From: Candidatus Bathyarchaeia archaeon
GTDB taxonomy: Archaea > Thermoproteota > CALKCG01 > B24 > JAGTQN01
Assembly: GCA_038850515.1 (NCBI GenBank)
Contig: JAWCLV010000004.1
Coordinates: 299-64,298, forward strand
DNA: 64,000 bases
Reading direction: 5' to 3'
In this document: positions 1-8,625 of the stretch, in pieces
Numbering within the stretch: the stretch's first letter is position 1
Layout of the letters: every line of letters begins with the position of its first letter
Translations under genes and position numbers: made by a program
Notes under the pieces: model-generated
Told to the model about the DNA's origin: nothing
Databases searched by the model: none
What the model saw: only the letters and a program-made list of their open reading frames with translations

Positions 1-2
1 TA

Positions 3-491
3 AACCCCTTCCAATCTGATTACTTCACTATCCTCTCAGGACCGACAGATAGGGAGCAGATCGTAGAAGAGGGGGGCCCATGTATTATCATCGCCACTTC
101 CGGAATGCTGGAGGGCGGCCCAGCCGTTGAGTATTTCAAGCTCATGGCTCAAAATCCCAACAACCTTCTTGTCTTTGTAAGCTATCAAATCGAGGGGACC
201 CTAGGAAGGCGCCTGAAGAACGGCCTGGGAGAGGTTGCCCTTGCTGATACCAATGGAAGGATCCAGGTTTACAGCGTAAAGATGGAGGTAAAGTCTGTGG
301 AAGGCTTTAGCGGTCACTCGGATAGGGCTCAGATATTGAACTATTTGAAACGAATCTCCCCTAAGCCTGAGAAAGTCATCGTCTGCCATGGAGAGCCTAA
401 CAAAGTCCTGAACCTATCCCAAGCTATTTGGAGATCCTCGCGGATACCTACCTTCGCTCCGGATAATCTCGAAACGGTAAGGCTCAGGTAA
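3..491 (+). CDS. 3' part of an archaeal beta-CASP / metallo-beta-lactamase ribonuclease (aCPSF1-like). The 5' end lies outside the window.
   Basis: Frame 3 is open from the window edge (..IIIATSGMLEGGP..), so the listed ORF 105-491 is only the Met-initiated tail. The C-terminal GFSGHSD and VIVCHGEP segments fit the beta-CASP motif B/C region. Confidence 0.8.
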   Translation, partial: NPFQSDYFTILSGPTDREQIVEEGGPCIIIATSGMLEGGPAVEYFKLMAQNPNNLLVFVSYQIEGTLGRRLKNGLGEVALADTNGRIQVYSVKMEVKSVEGFSGHSDRAQILNYLKRISPKPEKVIVCHGEPNKVLNLSQAIWRSSRIPTFAPDNLETVRLR

Positions 492-610
492 AGGCTTTCT
501 AATAATCCTAGGACGGGATGCCTTGAAGCTTTGTCCTAAAGGATTCGTTGGAGGATATTTTCTAGAAAGGATAGTAACTTCTCTTCTTATCGATCCTTTT
601 AGCCTTAGGG

Positions 611-631
611 AAGCCATGAAAATGGCTTTTT
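611..631 (+). terminator. Hairpin plus T-run downstream of the aCPSF1-like gene
   Basis: aagccat (611-617) pairs perfectly with atggctt (622-628) around a gaaa loop, followed by ttt. Archaeal termination normally needs only a T-run, so the role is uncertain. Confidence 0.3.
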
Positions 632-760
632 CTATTCAAAAAAATCCTAGTTAGACTTCCCTTCTTCCAGCCTGTACCTAGCCCAGTAGGGATCTTGCCT
701 TAAAAGGCTTCATGAAAGGATCTTAGACAGAAGGAAGAATTCTGATCTTTCCTTCGGGCA

Positions 761-1171
761 TCACTTCCTGGAGGAGGGGGCTACCCAGTCTAGGAATTCC
801 CTCGGATTCCTAACCCTCACCTCCAGCTTTATGGCTCCTAGGGGCGACTCCCCCCTTTCCTCGCAGAATGAAACGTGTCCTGCAAAGGCAACTTGCTTAT
901 TGAGGTATACGGTGAAGGTATCCCCCCTAAGGCTTAGTTTGAAGATGCGCCTAGCAGCATCCCTAATCCTCTCAGCCACTAGTAGCTCCCGAAATCTCTC
1001 CAAGCCCTTTTCATCGGTTTTCGCTAGGAGAAGCTTCCTTCCATCATCAAGGATTAATTCCTCGAAGGTTTCGATGGCTAAAAGGTTCCTTACCGCCTTC
1101 AAAACCTTTTCCCGGTCTTCTGTGGGATTCAGGGAAACCTGAACCCTCGCCTCGATAACCTCCAAAGCCAA
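761..1171 (-). CDS. UPF0201 / COG1931-type predicted RNA-binding (exosome-associated) protein
   Basis: The N-terminus VIEARVQVSLNPTEDREKVLKAVRNL is typical of this family. The start is TTG at 1171, or TTG at 1165, which has GGAGG 7 nt upstream. Confidence 0.75.
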   Translation of the reverse strand: MALEVIEARVQVSLNPTEDREKVLKAVRNLLAIETFEELILDDGRKLLLAKTDEKGLERFRELLVAERIRDAARRIFKLSLRGDTFTVYLNKQVAFAGHVSFCEERGESPLGAIKLEVRVRNPREFLDWVAPSSRK

Positions 1172-1739
1172 GCCTCCCTAAAAGAAGCTTCATTTTCTCC
1201 TTTAAATCCTCTGGTCCTCCAACATTGTCGATGACTACATCTGCCGCCTTTAAGGCTTGGAAGAGACCCAGCCTTTTCTCTTCAGAATCCCTGATTTCGA
1301 GGTCCTTTAGGCATTTCGGATCGTCTTCTCGTCCCCTGGAACGAAGGTTTTGAAACCTTCGTTCCATAGGTGCCTTTATCGCCACAAGAACGAAATGCTT
1401 GAAGCTCTTCCTGAATAGAAGGACTTCCTCGAGGCTCCTTATACCTTCTATGGCTATGAGGGGCGCCTCTAGGGCTCTACACTTTGCCAGGCATTTCTCA
1501 GCCACGATGGTGGGACCCTCTTCTTGGCGGATCTTGTGTATGAAGGCATTCATGACATCAGCTGTGAGCTTCAGGCCCCTTTTCAGCGCTTCTTCCCTTA
1601 CTATATCCCCCATGCTTAAGACTGGATAGCCTAGATCCGATATAGCCTTAGCAGCCGTCGTCTTTCCAGCACCAGGCATACCGACGATTCCTAGGACAGT
1701 CTTATCGATTTTCTTTTTGGAATCCTCCATGGAATTCAA
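1047..1739 (-). CDS. UPF0200-type P-loop kinase (dephospho-CoA kinase / adenylate kinase-like)
   Basis: Walker A motif GMPGAGKTT. Family-like sequence ends near ..KEKMKLLLGRL (about aa 189). The last ~41 codons run into the UPF0201 gene in another frame. Confidence 0.75.
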   Translation of the reverse strand: MNSMEDSKKKIDKTVLGIVGMPGAGKTTAAKAISDLGYPVLSMGDIVREEALKRGLKLTADVMNAFIHKIRQEEGPTIVAEKCLAKCRALEAPLIAIEGIRSLEEVLLFRKSFKHFVLVAIKAPMERRFQNLRSRGREDDPKCLKDLEIRDSEEKRLGLFQALKAADVVIDNVGGPEDLKEKMKLLLGRLGFGGYRGEGSGFPESHRRPGKGFEGGKEPFSHRNLRGINP

Positions 1740-1844
1740 GCTCCAAAGGATGGAAAGATCCCTAATTTAGTTTTAATTTAATTTTTCTCTTTTAAATTCG
1801 ATAAATAGGCGATATTTTCCCATTCTGATTTGTTTCCTTTCTCA

Positions 1845-2780
1845 CTATATTCCCTCACTTCTATCCCAATCTATTCCTTCCAATCCATGTTCCCTCGTCC
1901 GAATGAAGACCTTTGATATGCCTTTTTCGCGGGCTTTCCTAGCAAGCTTGAGGAGGATCTCCCGGCTTATAGGAGCCCCCTCCCTCAATTGGGGACTTGG
2001 GACCTCTAGGCTAGGAATAAACTGCTGGAGAACATAGACTGGGTCTAGGGGGGCCAGTTCCTCCGATATGGCAGATATGCTTTCCTCCCTATCTGTTAAG
2101 CCTGGCACGATGGTCGTCCGGACTTCATAGGGAACTTGGTTTAAGGCGCAAAGCCTCAGGCTCTCTTTAACTGACCTTATGACCTTTGGGGCCATGGAGG
2201 GTTTCCCGGTAGCGACTCCATAATCCTCATTTCTGAAGGGAGCCTTCACATCGATGGCAACATAGCTCAGAAGCTTCGAATTCAACAACTTCCTTAGAAC
2301 TTCCGGGCGTGTTCCATTGGTTTCGATGAAGACCTTTAAACCCTTCCCCTTAGCCCATAGGGCTAGTTCCTCGAGGGCTTCTTGTTGAAGGGTGGGCTCG
2401 CCTCCTCCGAAACCAAGGGCATCCAAGAGCTGGAGACTTTTAAGAATCTTCGCCTCAACATCCTCTAGGCTATAGAGGGCTCCGGACTCTAGGGGAATGA
2501 GCCTTCGGTTCTGGCAGAAGGGGCATGCAAGATTACAGCCAGAAAGGAAGAGCATGAAGGTTAGGTTTCCAGGCCAATCGATGGCACTTAATTCGATCCA
2601 TCCTCCGAGCCTAACCTCTTTTCGAGCTGAACCTTCCAAGCCTCGCACCTTGGAAATCAATAGGAATGGGAATTTCTGGACGGCCTTAATGAGAGAAAAT
2701 AGAAGATAAGTTTTTAGGGAAAAATTGAATGCGTAATACTTCGATGAAATAAATTCTGATCTTTTTATTGGAAAAGTCAA
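1845..2780 (-). CDS. Radical SAM activating enzyme (NrdG / PflA-like activase family)
   Basis: CNLACPFC is a CxxxCxxC cluster motif, preceded by IDWPGNLTFMLFLSGC, with GFGGGEPTL downstream. The first ~44 codons look non-homologous, and an in-frame GTG at 2648 is a plausible true start. Confidence 0.8.
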   Translation of the reverse strand: MTFPIKRSEFISSKYYAFNFSLKTYLLFSLIKAVQKFPFLLISKVRGLEGSARKEVRLGGWIELSAIDWPGNLTFMLFLSGCNLACPFCQNRRLIPLESGALYSLEDVEAKILKSLQLLDALGFGGGEPTLQQEALEELALWAKGKGLKVFIETNGTRPEVLRKLLNSKLLSYVAIDVKAPFRNEDYGVATGKPSMAPKVIRSVKESLRLCALNQVPYEVRTTIVPGLTDREESISAISEELAPLDPVYVLQQFIPSLEVPSPQLREGAPISREILLKLARKAREKGISKVFIRTREHGLEGIDWDRSEGI

Positions 2781-2961
2781 GTAAATCGCATTCTAATCTA
2801 TAGACTTTCCCAAATCTTACTTATGCTAGAGCAGAAACGCTTAGAGAACATTTCTTAAATATCAGACAATAGGCCTCGGATCTCGAAGGCATTATGAAAT
2901 CTTTTTGGGCTTAATATCTAGGGAATCAAAGTCTGGAAAGCTGGTCTTAACCGAAATAGTC

Positions 2962-2971
2962 TTATAAATAA
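2962..2971 (+). promoter_or_regulatory. TATA-like box for the GH51 operon
   Basis: cttataaataaag lies about 45-55 nt upstream of the TTG start at 3016. GGAGGT lies at 3004-3009. Confidence 0.4.
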
Positions 2972-3015
2972 AGATCCCAATTGAATTTAGGCTAGTCTTT
3001 TCGGAGGTCACAGTC

Positions 3016-4485
3016 TTGGAATGTAAAGGTTTTGTCGATGCAACATCGCCTATAGGAAGATTCGATAGAAGGTGTTATGGGCAATTCATCGAACACTTGG
3101 GGAAATGCATCTATGGGGGCATATGGGTAGGGGAGGCTTCGAAAATTCCTAATGTCAAGGGATTCCGCCAAGATGTCCTCGAAGCGATAAGGGAACTGAA
3201 GCCCCAGATCGTCAGATGGCCTGGAGGAAACTTTGCCTCAGGTTATCATTGGATTGATGGTATCGGGCCTAGGCATCAACGTCCAAGACGCTTCGATATG
3301 GCATGGGGGTCCGAAGAGTCCAACGAATTTGGAACGGATGAGTTCCTTGAATGGTGTAGGCTCGTAGGGGCTGATCCTTTCATCGTCGTCAACGCTGGAA
3401 ACGGAGTTCCCTCAGAGGCTGCAGCCTGGGTAGAGTACTGCAACTCAGCCGGGCGAACGTACTATGCATCCTTGAGAAGGAGCCATGGCATCGAGAAGCC
3501 CTACGGAGTGAGGCTTTGGGGTATAGGAAACGAACTCTACGGGAGATGGCAAGTGGGCTTCTGCATCGACGGGAAGGAATGTGCTAGGAGAACCATCGAA
3601 TTCTCGAATGAGATGCGGAAAGTCGATCCGAGCATTGAGCTTGTCGCCGTCGGTTGCGAGGACCCAGAGTGGAACCTCTCCATGGTTAAAGAGGCGGGGG
3701 AATACTTCGACTATCTTTCAATCCATATTTACACAAGGGGAGGAAGGCCCTACAGGGAGCTTGTCGCGTCCCCTGTGGATGTGGAGCGAAGGCTCATGGG
3801 TGTCTATCGCCTCATAGAGGGCGCCCGCCGAAGGTATGGAGTTAAGCGGGAGATAAAGCTCGCCTTCGATGAATGGAACGTATGGTATCCCGAGGCTAAG
3901 GCTCCCCTCCATGAGCAGATTACAGGCGTCGGGGATGCCATCTTTACTGGGCTAATCTTGAATGCGCTTCAAAGGCTTTGCAGGATTGTCCCTATAGGAG
4001 GCTTTGCCCAAACGGTAAACGTTCTGCCCCTCATCATAGCCTCCGATGATGGGCGCATAGTCCTTACCCCCCAGTATCATGTCTTTAAAATGTATGCCTC
4101 CTGCGATGCGGACTTAGTCCTCAGAACCTCCGCCGACTCCCCCGCCTATCTCTCCCAAGAATTGGGGGATTATGTTCCCTTCGTGGACATATCAGCAACC
4201 CTCGGAACGAAGGGCGAATGCCTACACCTGTACGCTGTGAATAGGCATGAAAAGGAGCCTGCGGAGCTAGAGGTATCCTTCAGGGGCTTCAAGCCCCAAA
4301 GGGCATTGGGCGAATACATTAGCGGCGCTTCAGAAGAGGACCGAAATACCTTAGACGAGCCCAGTAGAGTTGGGATAGAAAAGCTCGATGCAAGGATTGA
4401 AGGAGGCAAGCTCTTCGCCTTCTTAAAGCCTCATTCCATAAATGTCATTACCATAAAGGGAGAGCCTTCCGTGAATATGAATTGA
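3016..4485 (+). CDS. abfA: Alpha-L-arabinofuranosidase, glycoside hydrolase family 51
   Basis: GH51 signatures WGIGNELYGRWQVG and AFDEWNVWY. TTG start with GGAGGT 6-7 nt upstream. Confidence 0.85.
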   Translation: MECKGFVDATSPIGRFDRRCYGQFIEHLGKCIYGGIWVGEASKIPNVKGFRQDVLEAIRELKPQIVRWPGGNFASGYHWIDGIGPRHQRPRRFDMAWGSEESNEFGTDEFLEWCRLVGADPFIVVNAGNGVPSEAAAWVEYCNSAGRTYYASLRRSHGIEKPYGVRLWGIGNELYGRWQVGFCIDGKECARRTIEFSNEMRKVDPSIELVAVGCEDPEWNLSMVKEAGEYFDYLSIHIYTRGGRPYRELVASPVDVERRLMGVYRLIEGARRRYGVKREIKLAFDEWNVWYPEAKAPLHEQITGVGDAIFTGLILNALQRLCRIVPIGGFAQTVNVLPLIIASDDGRIVLTPQYHVFKMYASCDADLVLRTSADSPAYLSQELGDYVPFVDISATLGTKGECLHLYAVNRHEKEPAELEVSFRGFKPQRALGEYISGASEEDRNTLDEPSRVGIEKLDARIEGGKLFAFLKPHSINVITIKGEPSVNMN

Positions 4486-4534
4486 ATATGCCATAGAAAA
4501 ATATCGAAAGATTCCTTAGGGGCTTTGAAGGGCT

Positions 4535-5839
4535 ATGGAACCTAAGCTTATCGGTATGTACGTGGGTTACGAAGTCCTTTCAAGGGGAGGACTGGAAAAG
4601 AACCTAGATCTTATGCAGGCTTATGGGGTCAATACCATAATCCTTTCGGGAGGCTATAGTGTAAGCCCCGAAGTCGAGACCCTTAATCCTTTAGGAAGGT
4701 ATCCAAAACAACCCAATGTTCTTCCAGAGATTCGAAGGGCTTGCGAAAGAAGGGGGCTAAACCTCTGGCTTTGCGTGGGAGTCCCCTACGCCGAATGCGT
4801 CCAAAAGGCGGCTGATTACCCAAGCCTTGCGGTCCGAGATGTCTTCGGTAGCATAATAGAGCCTGATCAAAGCTTTGGCTTTCGATGGGCCGCTTCCCTA
4901 TGCCCAAGCAATCCATCAATTCGAGCTTATCTCCAAGCCCTTTTCAGGGATTTGGCCAAGAGCTACGACCTTGAAGGCTTTACGCTCACCCACCTCAGGT
5001 TTTCTCCTCCTAGCCATTCTTTCCTGAACCTCTTTTCATGCTTCTGTCCTTCATGCATCGATGAGGCTTCGAGGCTAGGCTATGAGCCTGAAAAATCTAG
5101 GAAACAGCTTATGGAAGCCTTAGAGGAGTTAAAGGGGCTTGATGCCTGTAAGATTCGGACCCTATCGGAGGAGGGGGCCACGATCCACGATTGGATTCAA
5201 TTCCTAGGCTTGGGAGAGGAGGCCCTCCGATGGTTTGAGTTCAGGGCAAAGATAATTGCCGAAAATCTGGCATCCTTTCACGAAGTTGTTAAGGATGTAA
5301 GCCCAAACACCCTCTTCAGCTGCGATAACTATCCCCCTAGCTTTGCTATTCTTGTTGGTCATAGATATAGGGAGCTCGAAAGGATCGGGGACTTCCTCTC
5401 GCCTCTCCTAAATCATCCGACGATTTTCCAGACCCTCGTCTTCGCAGAGGTTTGTAAGGTCCTTCTAGAATGGAATCGAGGGCGAGGCATGGAGGAGGCT
5501 GACCTCCTAAGGCTCCTCTATGGTTTGGCGGGTTATGGAGATTTAGGTCTTCCCCCGAGCATGTCGAGACTTATAGGCTCCCAGAGGCGCGGAGATACCT
5601 TCGAAACGGAGGTTTCGCTTCCAAGGTTGATCGAAAGGGAGGCTGCCAAGACAAAGGCCATATCCAAAGGTTCCAAGCCCCTCTTCGTGGTACTCGAGGC
5701 CCACACAAGCCTATCGAAGGCGGAGATCAAGGAGAGGATAAGAGCCGTAAGAAAGGTTGGAGTCGATGGGATTTTCTTCACATCCTTCGAGGGCGATGTC
5801 GCCCCTCTCGAGGCGATTGAGGAGGGTCTTAGGGACTAA
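4535..5839 (+). CDS. TIM-barrel glycoside-hydrolase-like protein (GHL-type, function unknown). Paralog of 62369-63688.
   Basis: Aligns by eye with the 62369 protein: LCPSNPSIRAYLQALFRDLAKSYDLEGFTLTHLRF versus VCPNNPDMRNYLARLYADMVENYEIQGIDMDYIRY. Both share a CFCxxC motif and a W(F/L)xFR segment. Confidence 0.6.
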   Translation: MEPKLIGMYVGYEVLSRGGLEKNLDLMQAYGVNTIILSGGYSVSPEVETLNPLGRYPKQPNVLPEIRRACERRGLNLWLCVGVPYAECVQKAADYPSLAVRDVFGSIIEPDQSFGFRWAASLCPSNPSIRAYLQALFRDLAKSYDLEGFTLTHLRFSPPSHSFLNLFSCFCPSCIDEASRLGYEPEKSRKQLMEALEELKGLDACKIRTLSEEGATIHDWIQFLGLGEEALRWFEFRAKIIAENLASFHEVVKDVSPNTLFSCDNYPPSFAILVGHRYRELERIGDFLSPLLNHPTIFQTLVFAEVCKVLLEWNRGRGMEEADLLRLLYGLAGYGDLGLPPSMSRLIGSQRRGDTFETEVSLPRLIEREAAKTKAISKGSKPLFVVLEAHTSLSKAEIKERIRAVRKVGVDGIFFTSFEGDVAPLEAIEEGLRD

Positions 5840-5930
5840 AGGACTTTTAGGCTCCTAGGAGAATTGAATTTTTCGCTCTAGTGATTTTAAGGTCTTAGCG
5901 ACTCGACCGATTTGATGAAAGGGGATGACA

Positions 5931-5964
5931 TGGAATGGAATGGAATGGACTCTATGGAATGGGA
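5931..5964. repeat. Pentanucleotide microsatellite (TGGAA)n
   Basis: tggaa tggaa tggaa tggac tcta tggaa tggga read directly from the intergenic spacer. Confidence 0.8.
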
Positions 5965-6031
5965 TTTATGAAAGCAATAAAAGGCTTCCTAGCCCATAAT
6001 AATGGGCTAAAGCCTAGGAAGGGAGTTATTC

Positions 6032-6781
6032 ATGTCCGATAGACTTCGCCTTTTGGCTATAGGGGCCCATGTGGCCGATGTGCCAAAAAGGGCTGGCGGA
6101 ACCCTCGCCAGATATGTGAAGGAAGGGCATAAGGTCTTCATGGCAACCCTATCCTTCGGGGAGACCATGGAATCCTACCTCCTCTGGAGGAGGAAGCCCG
6201 GAATAACGATCGATGAAGTCAGGGCGATTAGAGAGCAAGAATTCCTCGAATCCTGTAGGATCCTTGGTGCTGAGCCCATTATGCTTCGCTTTGAGGATAA
6301 TTTCCCCCTCCATCCCTTGCCTAAGGAAGCCCCGGAGAAGGTTGCCGAACTGATCCGCAGGACGAGGCCACATATCCTTCTCACTCACTGGTTCCTCGAA
6401 CTCTACGACGACCACCGTATCACGGGAAAGCTCGTTTCAACTGTAGCCAGAGATTTGGCTGCGGATCCAAAAAGCCTTAAGGAAAAGGGCCTTGAGCCTT
6501 GGTCTGTTGAGGACGTTTACTTCTTCGAGCCGAGCATCGGGGAGGCCGATCCATCCAGATTCATACCCGACCTCTACATCGATGTAACAGATGTTTGGGA
6601 TAGAAAGCTAGAATGTCTCAAGCCCTTCTGGTTCAGCCAAACGGATGTGAGCGATTACTATACCACGGCAGCCTTATACTGTGGCGGCCAAGTAGGGGTT
6701 AAGTACGCCGAACGCTTCGCCCAGCACAGGATTAGAAGAGTCTTCAAGCTTTTCCCAACATATCGATTACAGGAGGGATAG
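6032..6781 (+). CDS. PIG-L / LmbE family N-acetylglucosaminyl deacetylase-like protein
   Basis: N-terminal LLAIGAHVADVPKRAGGTLARYVKEGHKVFMATLSFGE matches the family AHPDD..GGT..G..V pattern (here AHVAD). Confidence 0.7.
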   Translation: MSDRLRLLAIGAHVADVPKRAGGTLARYVKEGHKVFMATLSFGETMESYLLWRRKPGITIDEVRAIREQEFLESCRILGAEPIMLRFEDNFPLHPLPKEAPEKVAELIRRTRPHILLTHWFLELYDDHRITGKLVSTVARDLAADPKSLKEKGLEPWSVEDVYFFEPSIGEADPSRFIPDLYIDVTDVWDRKLECLKPFWFSQTDVSDYYTTAALYCGGQVGVKYAERFAQHRIRRVFKLFPTYRLQEG

Positions 6782-6951
6782 CATAGCCTAACAAACGGGG
6801 GAGGAGGGAGGGAAGGAGGGGATCTTCGATAAGACGATAAGATTAAGATAAGCATCGGATTGGATTTTTCTGATATCATCTTTATCAAGGGCTTGCCTTT
6901 TATAGGGCTTCCGTGTGTCTTCACATAGAGATCGAAGGTGGAGTGGATCCT

Positions 6952-8091
6952 ATGCCCGCTTCCAGAAGGAGGTTTTTTGAAGCCATCGAGAGGAGGGAGC
7001 CTGATTGCGTTCCTATCACGGATTTAGGCCTCGACCCTCCAATCGTGGAGGCGATAACAGGGGAGTGCCTCGAAGGTTTCAGCATGGTAGCCCCCTCCGG
7101 AAGGGATCTTTGGGAGGCCTCCATAAGGGGGAGGGAGGCCTTAGCGAGGGCCTGCCTTAAGCTCGGCTTTGATGCCATCCCTGCTGTAAGCGACTACTCC
7201 CTTGCTAGCAAGGAAGCCGTACCTAAATTCCTCTCAGCCACTAGGTTCATCGATGAGTGGGGTAGGATAATGGATGCTAGACCCGAGACTAAGACGACTT
7301 GGTGGGTTGGAGGGACTTTGGATGTCGAGGATGTCGAGGAGGCCATGGAAGCCTATATCCCTCCGGATCCGGAGGCCGAAGGAAGGTTTGAGATGATTCA
7401 AAGGCTCGTAAAGCCGCTCCTTAAGAAGGATGTGGCGATCATGGCTCAAGGGCACAGCGGATGGCACATGGCCTTTCAAGTGAGGGGAGGAATCGATAAG
7501 CTCATTATCGACATGTACAGGCGACCCAAAGCGGCTAAGAATTTCATGGAGAAGGTTGCCAATACGTGCTTTGGCATGGTAAAGCTTATGGTTGAGGGGG
7601 GGGTAGAAGTCCTCTTCATTACGGATGACTATGCCGACAACAGGACTCCCTTTATGAACCTTCAACTCTTCAGGGAGTTCGAACTCCCAAACCTTAGGAG
7701 AATAATCGAATTTGCCGATAAGAGGGGGATCCCAGTCCTTAAGCATTCGGATGGAAACCTCTACCCAATCATCGATGACATGCTTAATGCCGGAATTAAG
7801 GGCCTTCATCCGATAGAGCCTGGAACCATGGATCTGGCCGATGTGAAGCGAAGGTATGGGGATCGGATCTGTCTATTAGGAAACGTGGACTGTCGGTATG
7901 TTTTGCCCTTCGGCTCTGAGGAGGATGTGAGAAGGGATGTGAGACGATGCATAGATGAAGCGGCGGAGGGAGGAGGCTTCGTCCTTACCTCGAGTAACTC
8001 CATCCATGCTAACTGTAAGGTTGAAAACGTCTATGCAATGGTCGATGAGGCTAGGAAGTATGGGAAGTATCCGTTACGGGTAGGTAGATAG
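6952..8091 (+). CDS. Uroporphyrinogen decarboxylase (URO-D) family protein, MtaA/CmuA-like
   Basis: LKHSDGNLYPIIDDMLNAGIKGLHPIEPGTMDLADVKRRYGDRICLLGNVDC is typical of the URO-D fold family. I prefer ATG 6952 (GGTGGAG about 9 nt upstream) over the track's GTG 6913. Confidence 0.7.
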   Translation: MPASRRRFFEAIERREPDCVPITDLGLDPPIVEAITGECLEGFSMVAPSGRDLWEASIRGREALARACLKLGFDAIPAVSDYSLASKEAVPKFLSATRFIDEWGRIMDARPETKTTWWVGGTLDVEDVEEAMEAYIPPDPEAEGRFEMIQRLVKPLLKKDVAIMAQGHSGWHMAFQVRGGIDKLIIDMYRRPKAAKNFMEKVANTCFGMVKLMVEGGVEVLFITDDYADNRTPFMNLQLFREFELPNLRRIIEFADKRGIPVLKHSDGNLYPIIDDMLNAGIKGLHPIEPGTMDLADVKRRYGDRICLLGNVDCRYVLPFGSEEDVRRDVRRCIDEAAEGGGFVLTSSNSIHANCKVENVYAMVDEARKYGKYPLRVGR

Positions 8092-8548
8092 GGAAAGGGG
8101 TGGGAGAGATAGGGATAGAGGTAAGGATAGTAAGGGATGGAGGACTGAGGGACTAAAGATCCATTAGGGAAGGGAATTCGAAAGGTCTTCTGAACCCAGG
8201 ATCCATAACAGAGTTCCTGGGGATACTTTCTCCCTTCTATATGTTCTATCTTGGGGAATTTTTCTAAAAGCTTTCCACCTTTAGCGGAGATTGTAAAATC
8301 GTGAAAGAATGCAACAAAAGATTTTTTCATAAGGTTTAAGTTATGTTGTAATATTGGGCTCGAAATACCAAATTTGGACTTGGGAACATCCTTAATCGGA
8401 GAAGAACAACCATCAACGTAACTAAAACATTAGTTTTTCATGTATCGCATACCATGCGCATAAGTTTTGCCACCAAGGGTTGCTTGCCTTCTTTAAGATG
8501 GAAAGGGAAGTCCTAATTAGGGATCCACCCATACAAAAAATTGTAAAA

Positions 8549-8586
8549 ATCTATTTTCTATAGATTCCTATGTATTATACATAGAT
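8549..8586. promoter_or_regulatory. Cluster of ATAGAT/ATCTAT half-sites and a 17-nt near-palindrome upstream of pit
   Basis: atctat (8549-8554) and atagat (8560-8565) form an inverted repeat. ctatgta-tta-tacatag spans 8568-8584, and atagat recurs at 8581-8586. The cluster lies 40-75 nt upstream of ATG 8626. Confidence 0.35.
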
Positions 8587-8625
8587 AATCCATATTATCC
8601 TGTAGCATAAACGTTCCCTTGAACG

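Noticed and set aside
8031-8330. A 99-aa minus-strand ORF overlapping the 3' end of the UroD-family gene.
   Set aside because: Its C-terminal half (PYYPYLYPYLSHPFPYLP) is simply the complement of the purine-rich spacer. No motif or SD was found. A short real peptide from the first ~55 codons cannot be excluded.
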